From contig NC_086097.1 of assembly GCF_963921235.1 (NCBI RefSeq), positions 149,422,001-149,486,000 of the forward strand: a DNA stretch of 64,000 nt, in the 5' to 3' direction. Below the pieces are notes generated by a model. That model was not told the DNA's origin and did not search any database. It worked only from the letters and a program-made list of their open reading frames with translations. The stretch is from Mobula hypostoma. Its lineage: Eukaryota. Every line of letters begins with the position of its first letter. Positions within the stretch are counted from its first letter, which is position 1. Made by a program: the position numbers and the translations under genes. Shown piece by piece: positions 13,160 to 26,036 of this stretch.

Positions 13160-13460
13160 ATTTCTTTATTATTTAGAGATACAATGCAGAATAGGCCCTT
13201 CTGGCCCTTCGATCTGCACTGCCCAAGCAACCTCCATCAACCCCGATTTAACACTGACTTAATCATGGGACAATGTAAGATTGGACGCATTAACCTAGTC
13301 AGTACATCTTTAGATTTTGGGAGGAAACTGGAGCACCTGAAGAAGTCCCACGCATTCCACAGTAAGAACATAGAGAGACTCCTTACAATGGACGCCGGGA
13401 CTGATGTCTGAGCTCCAATGCACCAAGCTGTAATAGTGTCGCGCTCTCTGCTACGCTATT
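13160..13460 (-). mobile_element. tRNA-derived SINE (V-SINE/HE1-like)
   Basis: Same family as 3245-3518. Confidence 0.7.
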
Positions 13461-13814
13461 ACAAAAAAATCACTGCTATGATTCAAGGAATAATTAAATA
13501 ATTCAAGGAATGTTTTAAGAGTAATTCTCAAAAGGCATTATATCAACGGAATTTCTCCTTTTTGCTTTTCTTACCTACGATATATGTCCAATCCTACTGC
13601 AATGTGATTGATTGATGACTGCATTCCAGAAAGCGCCAGCAAACCACTCTGTTAGGGCCAGTAGAAAATGTTACATACTGTACATGTTAGATTTGCCAAA
13701 GAAACTGAAACCTTGTTTATAGATTTTAAAAAATTATTAGGTACCTGATTAAGCCAAGACTGAACATTCTTGCTCTGAACTTTATATTCATATTCTTTTT
13801 TTTAACCTTACCAG

Positions 13815-14402
13815 GCCCCAGTGCTTGCCAGTTGCTAGCAGCTGAGAAGTTCATTCAAACAACTGAGACAATACTGAGAGATTCAAGCCCATTTTCAACA
13901 CCTGCAGCTTACATTCCCCAATGCAGAGAAAATGGAGAGTGGAGACGTGTCCAATGTGATGGCCCCCCTTTTCAGGTCATCTCCTTTTATCGTCACTGGA
14001 TTGCTGAGAACAAAGGAGACTGGAATGTGTCAACTGTCATGGATGAAATCGTTGAATACCATAGGTCATCTCAAGCATCCATCAGTTTTGAGCTGTTTCT
14101 GAAGGAACTATATGACAGGGGGCATCAACATGTCTTTTCAGTGCTCTCTCAATACCCAACGTTTGATTCTATTTCTGCTGATGATCTTGAAGCAATTGCC
14201 AACTCAGAACTGGGCATCAATGTTCTACTGCACCCTTACACATTTTGGCAGTTGTTGTTTGGCCATGTAAATCACTACCCTGGCTCGTATTCTGATTTCA
14301 GTGTCAAGATAGGTGACCTGGAGCTGCGGAAATGTTGGTGTGTTGATGAAAAAGGACAAAAGCTGCCAGGAACAAAAGCTGAACTAAATCAGACCCCACA
14401 AT
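13815..14402 (+). CDS. TG: TG coding exon (exon 10 equivalent), 588 nt
   Basis: taccag|GC CCC AGT GCT TGC...CCA CAA T|gtaagc; YIPQCRENGEWRRVQCDGPP...YPGSYSDFS...CWCVDEKGQ. Confidence 0.96.
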
Positions 14403-14828
14403 GTAAGCAATACTACTGTTAAGAAGTCATACATATTAGTTTCCTCCCCTTCTCTTTTCCCTCAATCCCTCTTTGCTGTTTCCTTCTTTTGATATTTATC
14501 CCACTGGCTATACCTCATATATCCTCTTCCCTTTCATGTTTGGTCTTCCATTCTTCTGACATACTTTGGTTTCCTTATATCTTTCTCTATCCATATTGTA
14601 CGTGTACTCCCTTTCATTCTCGTTCCTATTCCTATTACACTATCACTAGGCTCCAGAGGAGTGAAATCAGTCTTCATCAGTTTGCTGTGATAATTTGCAG
14701 TGAATCCATAAACTGCAAATGACCTTTTCCATTGAGTTCAACCACAGTAGCTCATTTAGTCACTCCTGCCCATCTTGTTAGGTCACGGCTTACCTGAACA
14801 TAGATTTTCTTTTTTGACTTCGAACACC

Positions 14829-15792
14829 TTCGACCTTCCAAAGTGTATCACTTCATACTTTTCTAGATTCAACTCCATCTGCCTTTTCTCATCCCAGCTC
14901 AGTATCTTTTCAATGTCGTTTTGTAACCTACAACAAACTTTTACATTATCCTTAACACCACCAAACTTCTTACCTGCAAACGTACTAACCCACCCTTCCA
15001 CTTCCTTATTTATGTCATTTATAAAAATCATCAAGAATAGGGGTCCCAGAAAATTGAAATTGAGGGCAGAGTACAACATTAATGTCAGGATTCTTAGCAG
15101 TATGGAGAAAGAGAGGTCTTGGGTCCAAGTCTATAGTTCCCTCAAAGTTGCTGTGTGAATTAATAGGGTAATTAACAAGGTATATGCAGTGCTGGCCTTT
15201 ATTAGTTGGGAGACTGAGTTCAAGAGCCGTTAGGGATTGTTTCAATTCTATGGAACTCTGGTTAGACCACATTTAGAGCATTGTGTTGAGTTCTAGTTGC
15301 CTAATTATGGGAAGAATGCGAAACAGTAGAGAGAGTGTAGAGGAGATTTACCAGGATGTTGCCTAAATTAGAAAACATGTCTTATGAGGAAAGGTTGAGT
15401 GAACAAGGGATTTTCTTTTTGGAGCAAAGGAGGACGAGAGGCAACTTGATAGATGTGTATAAGAACATGAGAGACGTAGACAGTCAGTACTTTTTTCCCA
15501 GGGCAGATGATATTCTTTTAAGGTGAGTGGAGGAAAATTTAATGGAGATATCAGGGTTTTTTTTTAACACAAAAATGGTAGGTGCCTTAAACTCATGTTC
15601 AGGAGTGATAGTGGAGGTTGATCAAATAAGAACATTTAAAAGACTCTTGGTTAGGCACATGGATGTAAGAAAAATGGTTGATTATGGGCTGTGTAGGAGG
15701 GAAAGGTTAGATTGATAGTGGGGTGGGTGTATGGACATCAGCACAACATTGTGTGCTGAAGGGCCTGTGTTGTGTTGTTCTTTTCTATGTTT
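14829..15792 (+). mobile_element. CR1 LINE with inverted 5' segment
   Basis: 14829-15047 encodes GPLFLMIFIND...VIHFGRS on the minus strand. From about 15056 the + strand continues LRAEYNINVRILSS... to the CR1 tail. Confidence 0.75.
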
Positions 15793-16295
15793 TAAGTGTA
15801 TCTCTTAACAATTTTCTGGATTGAACTCCATTTGCCTCTTCTCCAACCTGTCTATAAAACTCTACAACTCTACAACCTGTCTACAATCCACTGTAACGTA
15901 CAATACTCTTCTATATTATTCACAATACCTCCAACCTTCAATGCATCTTCAAACTTACGAACTCACCACTCCACTTTGTCATCCACCTTTACAAATGACA
16001 GAGGGCAGGGGTCCCACAACAGAAGACTGCTAGATCCTGAGCTCCAAGTAAAATACACTGACCACCCTCTTCCTGATGTGGGCAAGCCAATTCTGAATCC
16101 ACGCAGTCAAGTTTCCACCTGACTTTCTGGATGTTACCTTGATTCTCATTCCTTGGACATTTTATTTAATGTTCTTGGAAAAAGGCCAATTCCACCCAAC
16201 TCTTCCAAATATGCTTTACTTTCTTTACTATATATTATCCCATTGATGGGAATGAAACTAAATGTTAGAAATGCTTTATTTGTACTGTGAAATTG

Positions 16296-16605
16296 GGTAA
16301 CACAATGGCATGCTATACCACAGCTCTAGGTTTCAATCCTGACCTCTGTTGTTATCTGTGTGAAGTTTGCCCCATCTTTATTTTATTATATGGGTTTCTT
16401 CTGGGTGTTGAAGTTTATCCTTAAATTGTGCAGACTGGTAGATCAATCAGCCACTGTAATTTACCCAATGGTGTAGGCCTCTGTAGAATCTGAGACAAGC
16501 TAATAGGAATGTGGAGGGAATAAAATGAGATTAGTGTGTTATTAGTGTAAATGAATGCTTGATGGTTGGCTAACGGGTAGGTTTCTGTGCTGTACGCTTT
16601 AATGA
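16296..16605 (+). mobile_element. Old tRNA-derived SINE (V-SINE-like)
   Basis: ggtttcaatcctgacctctg..tgtgtgaagtttgc..tgggtttcttctgggtg..cactgtaatttaccc; similar to 37010-37340. Confidence 0.55.
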
Positions 16606-17053
16606 CTCTGATGTGGGACAAAGTTCTATGACTTGTTTCATTGTTAAGACTCTTTATCATTCTGGTGAATTTGTACACTACATCGTAAGAGACCAAGGTA
16701 TCTTCCCAGAGGTATCCTAACCATAATTCAAAGGATGACTCCACATAGGGTCTCACTGAGGTGTTGTGAAACCAATCATTCCATTTGTATCCAAGTGCTA
16801 TTGAGGTAAAGATCCAATTCTATTTCCACCTTTCTCCTGTTTTCTCCTGATTGGCACATATGATTCAGCTCAACATGTTATAGTTTCTTGTGGGTAAAAT
16901 ATATTGACCATTATTCTGAAAATAATATGGAGGAGACTTGAGGTATTGAGGTATGGGTCTCAGTGGAGCTTTAAAAGTTCTACTACAATGTCCAGTTATT
17001 ATGTTTTATTTGGATTGTGTCTGTGTGATACACCACTATTATTTTCTTTCCAG

Positions 17054-17296
17054 GTCCAGGATCATGTGGTCTTGCTACCGCACAAGTCCTTCAGTTTATT
17101 GATGAGGCAGATGAACTCATCTTTGCTTCCAACAATTCAGAAATTCCTTTTACACAGGGTTTCCTCTTAGCAAGTGGTATACACCTGACTGAGAGTGAGC
17201 TGCTTCATTTCTCTGAGAATTCACAGTCAGATATTTCCATTTTTGAAAAATTGCTGAGTGGATCTGACTACGCTATTCGATTGGCTGCCCAATCTA
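17054..17296 (+). CDS. TG: TG coding exon (exon 11 equivalent), 243 nt
   Basis: ttccag|GT CCA GGA TCA TGT...CAA TCT A|gtgagt; CPGSCGLATAQVLQFIDEADELIFASNNSEIPFTQGFLLASGIHL...GSDYAIRLAAQS. Confidence 0.95.
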
Positions 17297-17929
17297 GTGA
17301 GTACATATATTGAACGTGTGTGAATTAATCTATTTTATAACATGATTCACTATTTCATTCTCCTGTTTCTGTAGGAAAGTCTATTTTAATGTATAAATTT
17401 AATGAGTCAATCCAAAGGCACAGTTTTATCGCTCACCATTTCCCAATCATGACATTTCAGTATCTGACAGGACATACTGTGCATTGATTCCAGTGCCTCA
17501 AGTATTACCAATTAAAATTACTTATCTCCATTGCCCCTTCTGCCATCCACTTAGAACCAAGCCATCTAGGAGTAAAATCAGAAAGCCGCGTTCATGCACA
17601 GGGAGGTGGAAATCTGCATCCCTGCATCCCAGAGGAACTCAAGACCAACAAAGTGACATTTTGTGATGTAAATTTGACAGACTTTTGCTATCTTTTTGCA
17701 TCAAGGTACAGGGAACAATGGAGTTGGAGGTACCTAATAAAGTGGCCAGAGTCTATTTCAATTCCTATACTTCCTACAATCATAACTAATTAATCTATTT
17801 GCTGTTCCAATTCATCACATTATTACTATTTCCTTTGCTTCACCGCCAGAAACTGATTTTAGCAGACAAAGCATTTTTCTCTGGAATATACTTCCTAAAC
17901 TTACCTCTCCACCCCTTTTCCCCCCTTAA

Positions 17930-18922
17930 GCAAGCAAGCAAGTTTATTTGTATAGCACTTTTCAAACAGAAGGCAGTTCATAGCACAAGGTATAATAATC
18001 AAACATCAAATTTCAGACAATATATATGAAAATAAAATCACACAAAAAATAGATGTGATAAATAGAAGTTACAGTTCAGGAAATCCTAATTAAAAGCTAC
18101 AACGAAAAGAAAAAGTTTAAACCTCAATTTAAAAGAGCTTAAGGTTGGGGCAGACTTCAGATCCTCTGGAAGGTTACTCCAGATATGTGGAGCATAGTAA
18201 CTAAAAGCTGCTTCACCATGTTTAGTTTTCACCCTAGGGTCAGTAAGTAGACCCGCCCCCAGTGACCTGAAAACTCAGGAAGGTTTGTAATGCACCAAGA
18301 GATTGGAGATGTATTTTGGCCGCAGTGCTTTATAAACCAGTAGTAATATTTTAAGGTCAATCCTCTGATAGACAGGAAGCCAGTGTAATGATCTGAGAAC
18401 TGGAGGGATATGTTTAATTTCTAGGTCTTAGTGAGGACTCTAGCAACAGCGTTCTGAATGAGTTGCAACTGTCTGGGACCTGTGAAAACATCATTAGAGT
18501 ATTCAAGCCTACTAAAAATAAATGCATGGATGAGTTTTTCTAGATCTTGCTGAGACACAAGCCCTTTAACTCTGGCTATATTTTTTAAATGGTAGTAGGC
18601 ATTGTAATTGTTCCAACGCGGCAGTTAAAATTTAAGTCAGAATTCATCACAACACCAAGGTTTCTGGCTTGGTTTGTCATCTTTAATGACAGGGATTCCA
18701 AATGAGCACTGATTTTTAACCATTCTTTTTTGGCACCAAAAACTATTATTTCAGTTTTCTCTTTGTTTAACTGGAGGAAATTTTGGCTCACAAATCAGTG
18801 GTTTGTTCAATACTGTTTTTTTTTCGTGACTGTATGGGACCCTAATCACTTGATGACACTTCTATAAATCTGAGTGTCATCTGCAGAATTAAGGTAAGAT
18901 ATTTTGATGCTTACCATGATTT
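17930..18922 (-). mobile_element. L2-clade LINE, 3' part (split by a CR1 insertion)
   Basis: SADDTQIY...MSQNFLQLNKEKTEIIVFG...NQARNLGVVMNSDLNF; tail (ttgc)n on the minus strand (caagcaagcaagtttatt on +). Confidence 0.85.
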
Positions 18923-21900
18923 ACTGTGTTAGGGATCTGGAGCTACAACTTGATGACCCTCAGCTAGTTAGGGAAAGTGAGGGGGTGATTGATAATATCG
19001 ATAGAGAGATAGTGGACGGCACCCCTGTGACAGCCCTCCTCAGAAATAAATGTATCATTTGAGATACTGTTGGAGAGGTTGACCTGACAGAGGAAAACCA
19101 TAGCGAAAAGGACTCTGGCACTCTGCCCAGTGCCGTGATCAAGAGAGCAAGGAGAAATGCAGTAGTTATAGGTATAGGGGATTCCACAGTGAAGGGAACA
19201 GACAAGAGATCCTGTGAGCCGGACAAGGATACCTGGATGGTGTGTTGCCTCCCTGGTGCCAGGGTACGGGATGTCTCAGATTGGGTCCAGAGTATTCTGA
19301 GGAGATAGGGAGAGCAGCCAGAAGTCTTGGTACATGTTGGTATCAATGACATAGACAGAAAAAGAGAGGAGGTCCTGAAAGAAGATTACTGGGAGCTAGG
19401 AAGAAAATTGAAAAGCTGGACTTCCAGAGTAATAATCTCAGGATTACTGCCTGAATCACACGCTGATGAAGGTAAGAATAGTAGAATTAAGCAGATGATT
19501 GTGTGGCTAAAAGTAACTGGTGCAGGGGGCAGTGCTTCAAATTCTTGGATCATTCGGATCTATTTTGGGGGAGGTATGACTTATACAATAATGATGGGTT
19601 ACACCTGAACTCAAAGGGTACTAATATCCTGGCGGGATTGTTTAATATAGCTGTTAGGGAGGGTTTAAACTAAGTTGGCAGGGGGAAGGAAACCTGGGTG
19701 TTAGGGTCGAGGAAGAGGAAAATAGAAATAAGTCAAAGATACTACGCAGCAAAGATGGCAAGAAGGACAGGCAGGTCCCTAGACAGGATACTTTGCTATG
19801 CGATAGAAATATAGCAAAATTGGTAACAGATACTGATCAAAAGGTACTGTACTTAAATGCACACAGCATTAGAAATAAAGTGGATGACCTTGTTGCACAG
19901 CTGCAGGTTAAAAGATATGACATTGTGGCCATCACCGAGTCATGGCTAAATGATGGATGTGATTGGGAGCTGAATATCCAAGGATACACAGTGTATAGGA
20001 AAGATAGGAAGGTAGGTAAAGAGGGTGGCGTGGCCCTGATGGTAAGCAATAATATCAAATCACTAGAAAGAAGGGACATAGGATCAGAAGAGGTAGAATC
20101 CGTATGGGTCGAGTTAAGAAATGGCAAGGGTAAAAAGACACTAATAGCAGTTATATACAGGCCTCCAAACAGCAGCCGAGATGTGGACTACAAGTTACAG
20201 CTGGAAATAGAAAAAGCGTGTCAGAAGGAAAATGTCAAGATAATTATGAGGGATTTTAATATGAGATTGGGAAAGTCAGGAAGGTTATGGATCTCAGGAG
20301 AGGGAGTTTGTAGAATGCCTACAGGATGGTTTTTTGGAGCAGCTTGTCCAGAAGCCCACCAGGGGACTGGCTGTTTTGGATTGGGTGCTGTGTAATGAAC
20401 CTGAGGCGATTAGGGAGCTGGAAGTAATGGAACCCCTTGTAAGTAGTGATCATAACATGATTGAGTTCAGTTTCAAATTTGAAAAGGAGAAGCTGGTATC
20501 AGGTGTATCCATATTTCAGTGGAACAAAGGAAATTACAGTGGTATGAGAGAGGAACTGGCCCAAGTCGATTGGAAAAGTAAACTAGATGGAGGGATGGTA
20601 GAGCAGAATTGGATGAAATTCCTACAAGAAATAAGGAAAGTGCAGGAAAAATATATTATTCCAAGAAAAAAGAAAATCATGAGTGGAAAAATGGCACAAA
20701 TGTGGCTAACGAGAGAGGTTAAGGCTAAAATAAAAGCAAAAGAGACAGCGTACAAGGAAGCAAAAATTAGTGGGAAGACTAAGGACTGGACGATTTTTAA
20801 AAACTTACAGAAGGAAACTAAGAAAGTCATTAGGAAAGAAAAGATAAATTATGAAAGGAAGTTGGCAATTAACATAAAAAAGGATACTAAGAGCTATTTT
20901 AAATATATGAAGAGTCAAAGAGTGACACAGGTAGATATAGGACCAATTGAAAATGATGCTGGAGAAATTATAATGGGTAACAAAGAGATGGCAGAGGAAC
21001 TAAATGAGTACTTTGCATCAGTCTTCACAGTGGAAGACATTAGCAACATACCTAATAGCCAGAGATCTCAGGGAATAGAATTAAGTACAGTCAAGATTAC
21101 TAGAGAGAAAGTGCTTGGGAAGCTAAATGGACTAAGAATAGAACGTCTCCTGGGTTCTGAAGGAGGTGGCTTTGGAGATTGTGGAGGCATTGGAAATGAT
21201 CTTCCAGGAATCAATAGACTCTGGCATGGTTCTGGAGGACTGGAAAGTCTCAAATGTAGTTCCACTGTTTAAGAAAGGAGGGAGGCAGCAAAAAGAAAAT
21301 TACAGAACCATTAGTCTGACATTAGTAGTTGGAAAGTTATTGGAGTCGATCCTCAAGGACAAGGTTATGAAATATCTTGAGGTGCATGACAAGATAGGCC
21401 CAAGCCAGCATGGTTTCATGAAGGGAAGATCCTGCCTCACCAACCTAATGGAATTTTTTGAGGTAATCTCAAATAAGATTGACAAGGGAGAGGCTGTGGA
21501 TGTTGTGTATTTGGATTTTCAAAAGGCCTTCGATAAGATGCCGCATAAGAGGCTGCTTAATAAGATGAGAGCCCATGGAATTACAGGAAAGATAGTGGAA
21601 TGGGTGGAGCATTGTCTGATAGGCAGAAAGCAAAGGGCGTGAATTAAGGGATCCTATTCTGATTGGTTGCCGGTTACTAGTGGTGTTCCGCAGGGGTTGG
21701 TGTTGGGGCCGCTTCTTTTTACAATGTATATCGATGATTTAGATTATGGATTAAATGGTTCTGTGGCTAAGTTTGCGGATGACACTCAGATAGGTGGAGG
21801 AGCAGGAAGTTTTGAAGAAATGAAAAAGGTTGCAGAGAGACTTGGTCAGTTTAGGAGAGTGGGCGAAGAAATGGCAGATGAGATACAATGTTGAGAAATG

Positions 21901-22691
21901 TACCGTTGTACATTTTGGAAGAAGAAATAATTGGGCAGATTATTATCTAGATGGGGAGAAAATTCAAAAATCGGAAGTGCAAAGGGACTTGGGGGTCCTC
22001 GGGCAGGATACCCTAAAGGTTAACCACCAGGTTGAATCGGCAGTAAGGAAAGTGAATGCTATGTTGGCATTCATTTCAAGAGGAATAGCGTATAAGAGTA
22101 AGGAGGTGTTGATGAGGCTCTATGGGGCACCTCATTTGAGACCTCAGTTTTGGGCTTCCTATCTTAGAAAGGATGTTCTGATGTTGGAGAGAGTTCAGAG
22201 AAGATTTACGAGGATGATTCCTGGAATGCAGGGGTTAACATACGAGGAGTGTTTGTCGGCTCTTGGACTGTATTCATTAGAGTATAGAAGAATGAGAGGT
22301 GATCTCATAGAAACACTTTGAATGTTGAAAGGGTTGTTCAGAGTAGATGTGGAAAGGCTGTTTCCCTTGGTGGGTGAGTCCAGGACAAGAGGCCACAGTC
22401 TTGGAATTAGCGGGTACCCATTTAGAACAGAAATGAGGAGAAATTTTTTAGCCAGAGGGTCGCGGATCTATGGAATTCGTTGCCACATACAGCTGTGGAG
22501 GCCTGATCATTGAGGGTGTTTAAGGAGGAGATTGATACGTATCTAATTAGTCAGGGTATCAAGGGATATGGGGAAAAAGCCAGAAATTGGAACTAGATGG
22601 GAGAATAGTATAGCTCGTGGTGGAGTGGCAGAGCAGACTCGATGAGCTGAATGGCCTACTTCTGCACCTTTGTCTTGTGATCTTGTGATTT
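18923..22691 (+). mobile_element. Near full-length CR1 LINE: ORF1 SGNH esterase, ORF2 APE endonuclease plus RT; frameshifted
   Basis: ORF1 GDSTVKG..LPGARVRDV..VHVGIND..SGLLP; ORF2 YLNAHSIRNK, ITESWL, YRPPNS, SDHNMI, QHGFMKGRSC, YLDFQKAFDK, GVPQG, FADDT; tail (tcttgtga)2. Confidence 0.95.
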
Positions 22692-22870
22692 GAGCTAGAG
22701 GGAGCATGTATATGTTAAACAGAAGAAGTCCTAGTATAAACCCTTGAAGCACTCTGTGTGTCTTTTTTGTTCAGTCAGACATGCAGCTACCAATTGATAC
22801 AAAATAGTCCCTGTACTGTAAGTACGATTTAATCCACCTTAGGACTGTACCGGAAAGTCCCACCAAGCTT
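22692..22870 (-). mobile_element. L2-clade LINE, upstream part of the element at 17930-18922
   Basis: Minus strand LQGFILGLLLFNIYMLPLAQI, which continues directly into MVSIKISYLNSADDTQ at 18920. Confidence 0.8.
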
Positions 22871-22932
22871 AAGGCTTATTTAGATTAGTCTTCATGGTAT
22901 CTTCACTGACTCTGCATCCAGTTGTTTTTATT

Positions 22933-23155
22933 TTGTGTTGGGCACGTGGCCAAGTGGTTAAGGCGTTCGTCTAGTGATCTGAAGGTCAGCTGTGGCAGCG
23001 TGTTTGTGTCCTTGAGCGAGGCACTTAAACATACATTGCTCTAGTGTCTGTGCGAGGAGTGACGCCCCACACAGACTTCCAATCTGCGCCTTGTAAGGCG
23101 TGAAAATGCCCGATGCAGGCCTCTCACGGTCTGAGTTGACGTTCCCTCCCTCCCC
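22933..23155 (+). mobile_element. tRNA-derived SINE with CORE-like segment and 10-bp TSD
   Basis: A-box-like gtggccaagtggttaaggc; CORE-like tgtgtccttgagcgaggcacttaa; flanked by tgtttttatt at 22923-22932 and 23156-23165. Confidence 0.75.
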
Positions 23156-23846
23156 TGTTTTTATTCTACACTGAGGTATCTTAAAGTATTTTGCTGCATT
23201 AAAGATATTGTATACAACATAATGTTGTAATTACAAAATATGTCACCTTGAACCCTCAAAATTCTCATTCATCTCCCACCACCACCCCCCACCCCCCACT
23301 CTTTGGGAGGATCATGATTTGCTTGTCGCTTTGCAGCAGACAGTATTGGCCATAAATTTTCACCTTAAGTTTTCATTTTTAAAAAAAATTGTGGAAAATT
23401 GTTGAATTTCCTAACTGACATTTGGTCTTGGAGAGAATTGGGACTGGGCATCTGGAATCTATATTGAATTTTATAGGATTTAAAAAGTTAGAATGGCTGC
23501 ATGCAATGTTTGACACAGGAAAAGAAATAAATAAAATGGAAAACAAATTCTGATAAATCTGTTAATATAAGATCAACAACTTTAAATGTTAGCTCTCTTT
23601 CCCTCTCTACAGAGGCTGTCTGACCTGCAGGGTATTTTAAGTAATTTTCACTTTTATTTCAGATTTCAGCATCTGTATTTTTTTTTGTTTTTGGTTTCCA
23701 AATCTGGAGCTTTGTCTATCTTTCGATTACTTCCAGGAAACTCTTATAGTGTTGTATTTCTGGAAAAGCACCTTGGATTGTAAAACTGCTCTTGCATTTC
23801 TGTGCTAGATCTGTTTCTATCAAACTGTTAATTCATCTTCTAACAG

Positions 23847-23984
23847 CCCTGGAATTCTACCAGAAAAATCAGCTGACAAAGGAGAGGAACAATGGCGAGT
23901 CAACTCTTAAAGGTTACATCCCCTACACTCCCCAGTGTAATGGGTTTGGAAACTGGGAGCCTATCCAGTGCTATGAGAGAACTG
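23847..23984 (+). CDS. TG: TG coding exon (exon 12 equivalent), 138 nt
   Basis: taacag|CC CTG GAA TTC TAC...AGA ACT G|gtgagt; TLEFYQKNQ...PYTPQCNGFGNWEPIQCYERTG. Confidence 0.94.
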
Positions 23985-24389
23985 GTGAGTTCAACAGGTT
24001 AACTTCAAAATATTACAAGCAGAGAGCCAAGATCTTTATATAGGAATCAGCCAGAAGAGACAGTGACAAATGTTTGAACTCTTCAAACACAATTATAATT
24101 CTAGAATAGTGTTAAATCAATATTGTTCTAAAAAGCACCTTGAGGAAGTAAATCTCTAAATATAATTGTTTGATGAGCAGATGAGAGGCATTTGAGAAGT
24201 TGGAAAATTTACTTTATTTACCTATTTACTTATTGCAGCATTGACACAGGCCATTGAACTCCATGCCAATCTCCATCAGAGAAATATCATTTCCATTCCT
24301 CTCCTTTTATTCCTGTCACCCTGCAACCTATCCTATTTAACATGTCCATCAGATACCTTTTGATTCTTCTGCCTCTTGCCTATTCCAGA

Positions 24390-24930
24390 GTCATAGTCAT
24401 AGAAAAGTATAGCATAGGAAGAGGCCATTCAGCCCATTTGATGCATGCTGAACTATTTAAACCACTGACTCCCATCTACCTGCACTGAGACCATAGCCCT
24501 CCATACCCCTATCAACCATGTACCTATCCAAACTTCTGTTAAACATTGAAATTGAGCTCGCATGCACCACTTGCACTGGCAGCTCATTCTACACTCTTGA
24601 AACCCTCTGGATGAAGAAGTTTCCCCTTGTGCTCTCCTTAAACTTTTCACCTTCTATCCTTAACCTATGACCCCTAGTTGTAGTCCCATCCAACCTCAGG
24701 TGAAAAAGCCAGCTTTCATTTACGCGATCTGTACCCCTCATAATTTTGTGTACCTCTATCAGACCTCCCCTCAATCTTCCATGTTCCATGGAATAAATTT
24801 CTAACTTATTCAATCTTTCCCTATAGCTCAAGTCCTCCAGACCCAGCAATATCCTTGTAATTTTTCTTTGTATTCTTTCAACCTTATTTACATTTTTCCT
24901 GTAGGTAGGTGACCAAAACTGCACACAATA
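24390..24930 (-). mobile_element. CR1 3' fragment
   Basis: QFWSPTYRKNVNKVERIQRKITRIL...RGHRL...GNFFIQRV; same subfamily as 42870-43370. Confidence 0.85.
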
Positions 24931-25958
24931 AATAAACTGTGGGAGAAAAAACTTCTACCTACAGATTGTTTGCCTTCCATCACTGAAGTCTCTCCTCATT
25001 GAAACTCAAAATCCCCATCCAATGATGACCACTCCACTTGGCCTTGCCTTACTTTAATCTGTTCTTGCCAATTAATCTCGGCCATTGACCGGCCACTGCT
25101 CAAAACATGAAACTGCTGTGAGTCGATGCCTTACGTATACAACTGATGAACCTGAGTGAGTTATGTCTTCTCATGCTTCAGATCTCCGATTGGCTGCTGC
25201 TCAAAACAACAATAAGATAGTTTAAATGAGGTAATTAATCTCTCTGCACATCGTTGTGTTGTGGGAGGAAAATGAAGCACCTAGGGGAATCTGCAGAACC
25301 TGTCAGAATCTGATCTGCGTTCCCTGAGCACTGAGGCAGCAGCGCTAACTGCTCCTCAACTCTGTTGTCTCTGTATCTCTCTGACTAAGAGGAGAAATAC
25401 GATGTTTGGTCCAACAGGCTTTCAAGGGAGAGTGAGAGTGAATCCAAGATGCTTTGGAAGTGTTCCAATGACTGAATGATTATTAAAAAATGGCTTGCAG
25501 TGGGCTAGTTGCTATTAGTAAACAATAGATCTTTCGGATCAGCACAAACAGTATGTGTTTCTTTTATTTTCTACGTCCACCACTGGAGATAGAGCTGTGA
25601 AGATGCTAGTTTTTTTAAAAAAACAGAGGAGGTCTACGGAGCGTTCAGATTTGGAATTTGAGTATTGATCAAATCTTGATCAATGGGATTTGATAGAAGG
25701 TGAATTGTGGAAAGGATTGAGCAATGATCTGGTAACATCTGAACTTTCTTTATCCTTTGATTGGTTTAATGTTTGTAATTCACTTCTAATTAGTTTATTT
25801 AAATGTGCTTTTTGAATGACTGCAGCCTGCTGTCATCATCCTCATTACTGAACACTAGGAAATCGGCAGATGCTGGAATTTCAAGAATTTCATTACTGAT
25901 TTGACATCGTTTGACACTGTGTTGTACAGCTCTGAATTGCTTCTTTGCTTCAATCCAG

Positions 25959-26036
25959 GTCACTGTTGGTGTGTTGATGAGACTGGAAGTTATATTCCTG
26001 GTTCGCTGGTCAGTCGCTTGACCCAGATGCCACAAT
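25959..26036 (+). CDS. TG: TG coding exon (exon 13 equivalent), 78 nt
   Basis: atccag|GT CAC TGT TGG TGT GTT GAT...CCA CAA T|gtaagt; GHCWCVDETGSYIPGSLVSRLTQMPQC. Confidence 0.95.

Noticed and set aside
22938..22990. tRNA gene
   Set aside because: Only the 5' half is tRNA-like, with no T-arm or acceptor 3' strand. It is the head of a SINE, as at 31171.
25096..25208. Possible type II hammerhead (GAAACT..AGTC..CTGATGA) between 12-bp direct repeats ctgctcaaaaca
   Set aside because: Core boxes and a 3-bp stem III are present, but stems I and II do not pair convincingly, so it cannot be supported without a covariance search.
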